In this document: piece by piece, positions 34,357-36,956 of the stretch
Position numbering within the stretch: the stretch's first letter is position 1
Layout: each line of letters starts with the position of its first letter
DNA from: Gammaproteobacteria bacterium
GTDB lineage: Bacteria; Pseudomonadota; Gammaproteobacteria; Steroidobacterales; Steroidobacteraceae
Direction of reading: 5' to 3'
NCBI GenBank assembly: GCA_031396515.1
Contig: JANNKZ010000208.1
Span: 1-36,956 of the forward strand
DNA length: 36,956 nucleotides
Program-made: the position numbers and the translations under genes
Notes under the pieces: generated by a model
Databases searched by the model: none
What the model was told of the DNA's origin: nothing
Seen by the model: the letters and a program-made list of their open reading frames with translations, nothing else

Positions 34357-36633
34357 TCAGCCGGACGCGTCGCGCCGCCACCAGCGCCGGTTCCGGCGCC
34401 GTTCCGACTCGACCGCGATCGCGCCAGATTGCCCGGCGAAACGGATCGTGACGGCGCCCTCATCCGCGGTCGAGAGCACGGTCGTACCGGCCGCGCGCCA
34501 TCGCGCGACAATGTCGGGCGACGGCAGATTCCAGCGGTTGCCGAATCCGGCGGAAACGATGCCGATGCGTGCGGCGACGCGCGCGACGAATTCGGGCGAC
34601 GAGGACGTGCGGCTGCCGTGATGCGGCAACAACACGACATCCGCGGCGAGCGGCCGTTCCTGCATTTCTTGTTCGGCGGCGGATTCGGGATCCGCCAGCA
34701 GCAGCGCCGAACCGCCCGCACCGGAAACGCGAATCGCGCAGGAGCGGTCGTTGTCGCTGCCCTCGGCGTCCGCCCGCGGGTGCAGGACCTCAAAGCGCAC
34801 GCCGTCCCACCGCCAGGCATCGCCGCGCCGGCACGGCGACGCCGGCGTCGCCCCCGGAACAGTCGTCAGCGAACCGATTTCCATCGCAGCGGCAAGCGTC
34901 GCGACGCCGCCGGCATGATCCTGGTCCGGATGGCTGACGACGAGCCGATCGATGCGGCGGATGCCCCGCGCACGCAGAAAGGGCAGCAGCGATACGCGCG
35001 CCGCGGCTCCCCCGCCGCGCCAGGCGGGTCCCGTATCAAAGATGAGGACACGCCCCTGTGTTTCGACAACTGCCGCGAGCCCCTGGCCGACGTCGATCAC
35101 CGTGAAGGTAAAGCCGCCGTTCGCAGGCCGGTCCGCAGCCCCGCAGAGAATGGCGAGGCCAGCTGCCGCCGCGGCATGGCGCAATCCCGGCAGCGCCAGC
35201 GCTGCGAATGTCACGAGGCACGCTCCCGCGACGACCGGTCCGGGCTGGGACGCGGGCGCCCAGCTCGCCCATGGCCAATCGGCGAGCATTTCCACGAACG
35301 GCCAGGCGGCGTCGAGCAGGCCTGCGAGCGCTTGCCATGCCATCGCACCGGCCCCCTGCCAGGCCGCATCCAGGGCTGTCGCCACCAGTACGGCCGGCAG
35401 CAGCAGGACGCCGAACAACGGTATCGCCACCGCATTCGCAAGCGGCGACACGAGCGACACGCGGCCAAATGCGAGCGCCAGTACGGGCGTCAGGAGCGCG
35501 AGAATCGCGAGCTGGGCGCGCGCGAAGGCGCCGACCCGTGCGCGCCAGCCGGGACCCGCCTCGAGAACCGCGAGAAGCGCCGCCGTTGCCGCGAACGAAA
35601 GCCAGAATCCGGACGAAGCCAGCGCGAACGGGGCGAACAGGACCAGCACGAATGCGGCGACCGCCAGCAGGCGCGGCAACGGCAGGGACCGGCGCAGCAT
35701 GCGCAACACCGCGACCAGCGCGACCATCGTGAGCGTGCGCAGCGCCGGCAGCGACGCACCCGAGAGCCAGGCATAAGCACCGGTTACGACCAGTACGATG
35801 ACGCACTCGACGCCGATCCGTAGCGGCCGCGATGCGAGACCGGGCAGCCGCCAGGCGAGTCGTAACAGCGCGAGCGCGAAAACCGCGCAGCCGGTGACGT
35901 GCAGGCCCGAGATCGCCATGAGATGCGCAATGCCGGTCGCCGCGAAAGCCTCCCAGAGGCGGTCCGGGATGTTTCCCCGTACGCCGACCGACAATCCCTG
36001 GAGCACGGCGCCGGAGGCGCTGCCGGGCAGCACGGTATCGATGCCCGCGGCGATTCGGGCGCGCAGGCGTTCGATCGCATTCCGGCGCTTCCCGTCATCG
36101 AGGCGCACCGGAGGTTCCTTCGCCACCGTGTACGCCGTCGCGCCAATCCCCTGTCGCAGCAGGTCGAATTCACGATCGGGCGCGCCCGGATTCACGAAAC
36201 CGGCGCGGCACCGGAGCCGCAGCGCGAGGCGCCAACGTTCGCCCGGCAGCGGCAGTGCCGAGGGTTCGTACCAGCTGATGCGGATGCGCCTGGGCAGGCC
36301 GGGCTCGCGTACGTCGAGATCGAAGTCGGTGCGATGATCGCGGGCGATGGCCGGCGCGGCGACACGGCCGGTGAGCGCGAGGGTCTCGCGGTCGCGCGTG
36401 CAGGGCCAATCGCTGGCGAGCGTGCGCGACGCGGTCAACGCCGTCCAGGCGAATGCCAGACAGAAGGCCGCGAGCGGCAGTGACCGCCGCAGGGACAGCA
36501 GGCCGATGGCCGCGAGCAGCGCCATGACGAACCATGGCCAGCGCGCTGGCCATGCCAGCGCCGCTGCCGCGCCAAGACAGAACGCGAGAATCCCAACGGC
36601 CATCGAGGCACCCGCCGAAGCCCGGCGGAGCAT
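34357..36633 (-). CDS. comEC: DNA internalisation-related competence protein ComEC/Rec2
   Basis: 758 aa and polytopic, with a central competence domain (GIAHLMAISGLHVTG). The C-terminal metallo-beta-lactamase domain shows VIDVGQGLAAVVET...VVSHPDQDHAGG...LLPHHGS. Confidence 0.9.
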   Translation of the reverse strand: MLRRASAGASMAVGILAFCLGAAAALAWPARWPWFVMALLAAIGLLSLRRSLPLAAFCLAFAWTALTASRTLASDWPCTRDRETLALTGRVAAPAIARDHRTDFDLDVREPGLPRRIRISWYEPSALPLPGERWRLALRLRCRAGFVNPGAPDREFDLLRQGIGATAYTVAKEPPVRLDDGKRRNAIERLRARIAAGIDTVLPGSASGAVLQGLSVGVRGNIPDRLWEAFAATGIAHLMAISGLHVTGCAVFALALLRLAWRLPGLASRPLRIGVECVIVLVVTGAYAWLSGASLPALRTLTMVALVAVLRMLRRSLPLPRLLAVAAFVLVLFAPFALASSGFWLSFAATAALLAVLEAGPGWRARVGAFARAQLAILALLTPVLALAFGRVSLVSPLANAVAIPLFGVLLLPAVLVATALDAAWQGAGAMAWQALAGLLDAAWPFVEMLADWPWASWAPASQPGPVVAGACLVTFAALALPGLRHAAAAAGLAILCGAADRPANGGFTFTVIDVGQGLAAVVETQGRVLIFDTGPAWRGGGAAARVSLLPFLRARGIRRIDRLVVSHPDQDHAGGVATLAAAMEIGSLTTVPGATPASPCRRGDAWRWDGVRFEVLHPRADAEGSDNDRSCAIRVSGAGGSALLLADPESAAEQEMQERPLAADVVLLPHHGSRTSSSPEFVARVAARIGIVSAGFGNRWNLPSPDIVARWRAAGTTVLSTADEGAVTIRFAGQSGAIAVESERRRNRRWWRRDASG

Positions 36634-36662
36634 GCGCCGCTGCGGTCAGCGGCGGGCTGGGC

Positions 36663-36956
36663 TCATTTGGCCTCTTCCCGCAGAATTCCGTCTTCCAGCA
36701 CGAGCACCCGCTCCATGCGCGCCGCCAGCGCCTGGTCGTGGGTGACGATCACGAGACTGGTGCCGAGTTCGCGGTTCAGTTCCATCATCAGCGCAAACAC
36801 CTGCCGCGCATGCGCGCCGTCCAGGTTGCCGGTCGGCTCGTCCGCCAGCACGACGCGCGGCCGTGTTACGAGTGCGCGTGCAACTGCCGCGCGCTGGCGT
36901 TCGCCGCCCGACAGCTGCGCGGGACGGTGCGTCAGGCGGTCGCCGAGTCCCACGCG
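36663..36956 (-). CDS. lolD: ABC transporter ATP-binding protein, C-terminal part; probably lipoprotein-releasing LolD (5' end beyond the window)
   Basis: [37 protein letters not shown] (signature plus Walker B) followed by IVTHD. Adjacency to comEC mirrors the lolCDE-comEC arrangement in Pseudomonas. The apparent GTG start at 36953 is an edge artefact. Confidence 0.75.
   Translation of the reverse strand, partial: RVGLGDRLTHRPAQLSGGERQRAAVARALVTRPRVVLADEPTGNLDGAHARQVFALMMELNRELGTSLVIVTHDQALAARMERVLVLEDGILREEAK

Noticed and set aside
34321-35823. 500-aa plus-strand ORF and other ORFs overlapping comEC
   Set aside because: These are antisense to or out of frame with comEC, are Arg-rich, and have no motifs.

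Overview
High-GC (roughly two-thirds G+C by eye, not computed), densely coding chromosomal segment whose gene order looks gammaproteobacterial (Pseudomonas/Xanthomonas-like). I can support about 37 protein genes. I see no rRNA, tRNA, CRISPR array, transposase or integrase. Gene order: ftsK (partial, -) | trxB, a FemAB-like/DUF482 gene, aat, infA (+) | clpA, clpS (-) | type II secretion genes gspC-D-E-F plus a small highly charged ORF (+) | dnaE2, imuB, imuA, lexA SOS mutagenesis operon (-), headed by two LexA boxes | an Lpp/OprI-like lipoprotein (+) convergent with an L,D-transpeptidase, then fabH, rpmF, yceD (-) | maf/yceF (+) | rluC (-) | rne with a long leader (+) | LMW phosphotyrosine phosphatase, aminotransferase, kdsB, ycaR, lpxK, msbA, exbD, exbB, comEC, lolD (partial) (all -). 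Most of the window is conserved housekeeping synteny. I do not see a convincing self-contained novel multi-gene system: there are no defence-island or mobile-element hallmarks. The points most worth a second look are: (1) an uncharacterised FemAB-like gene translationally coupled to aat inside the ClpS/ClpA N-degron neighbourhood; (2) an inverted pair of ~55-bp repeats filling an unusually long imuB-dnaE2 spacer; (3) a T2SS locus that stops after gspF and encodes a cysteine-free GspE; (4) a small charged ORF wedged between gspF and dnaE2; (5) an aminotransferase stitched by start/stop overlaps into the msbA-lpxK-kdsB envelope operon. All family assignments come from reading the translations by eye and need HMM or BLAST confirmation. 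The many long Arg/Ala/Pro/Gly-rich ORFs antisense to or out of frame with real genes are treated as high-GC artefacts.
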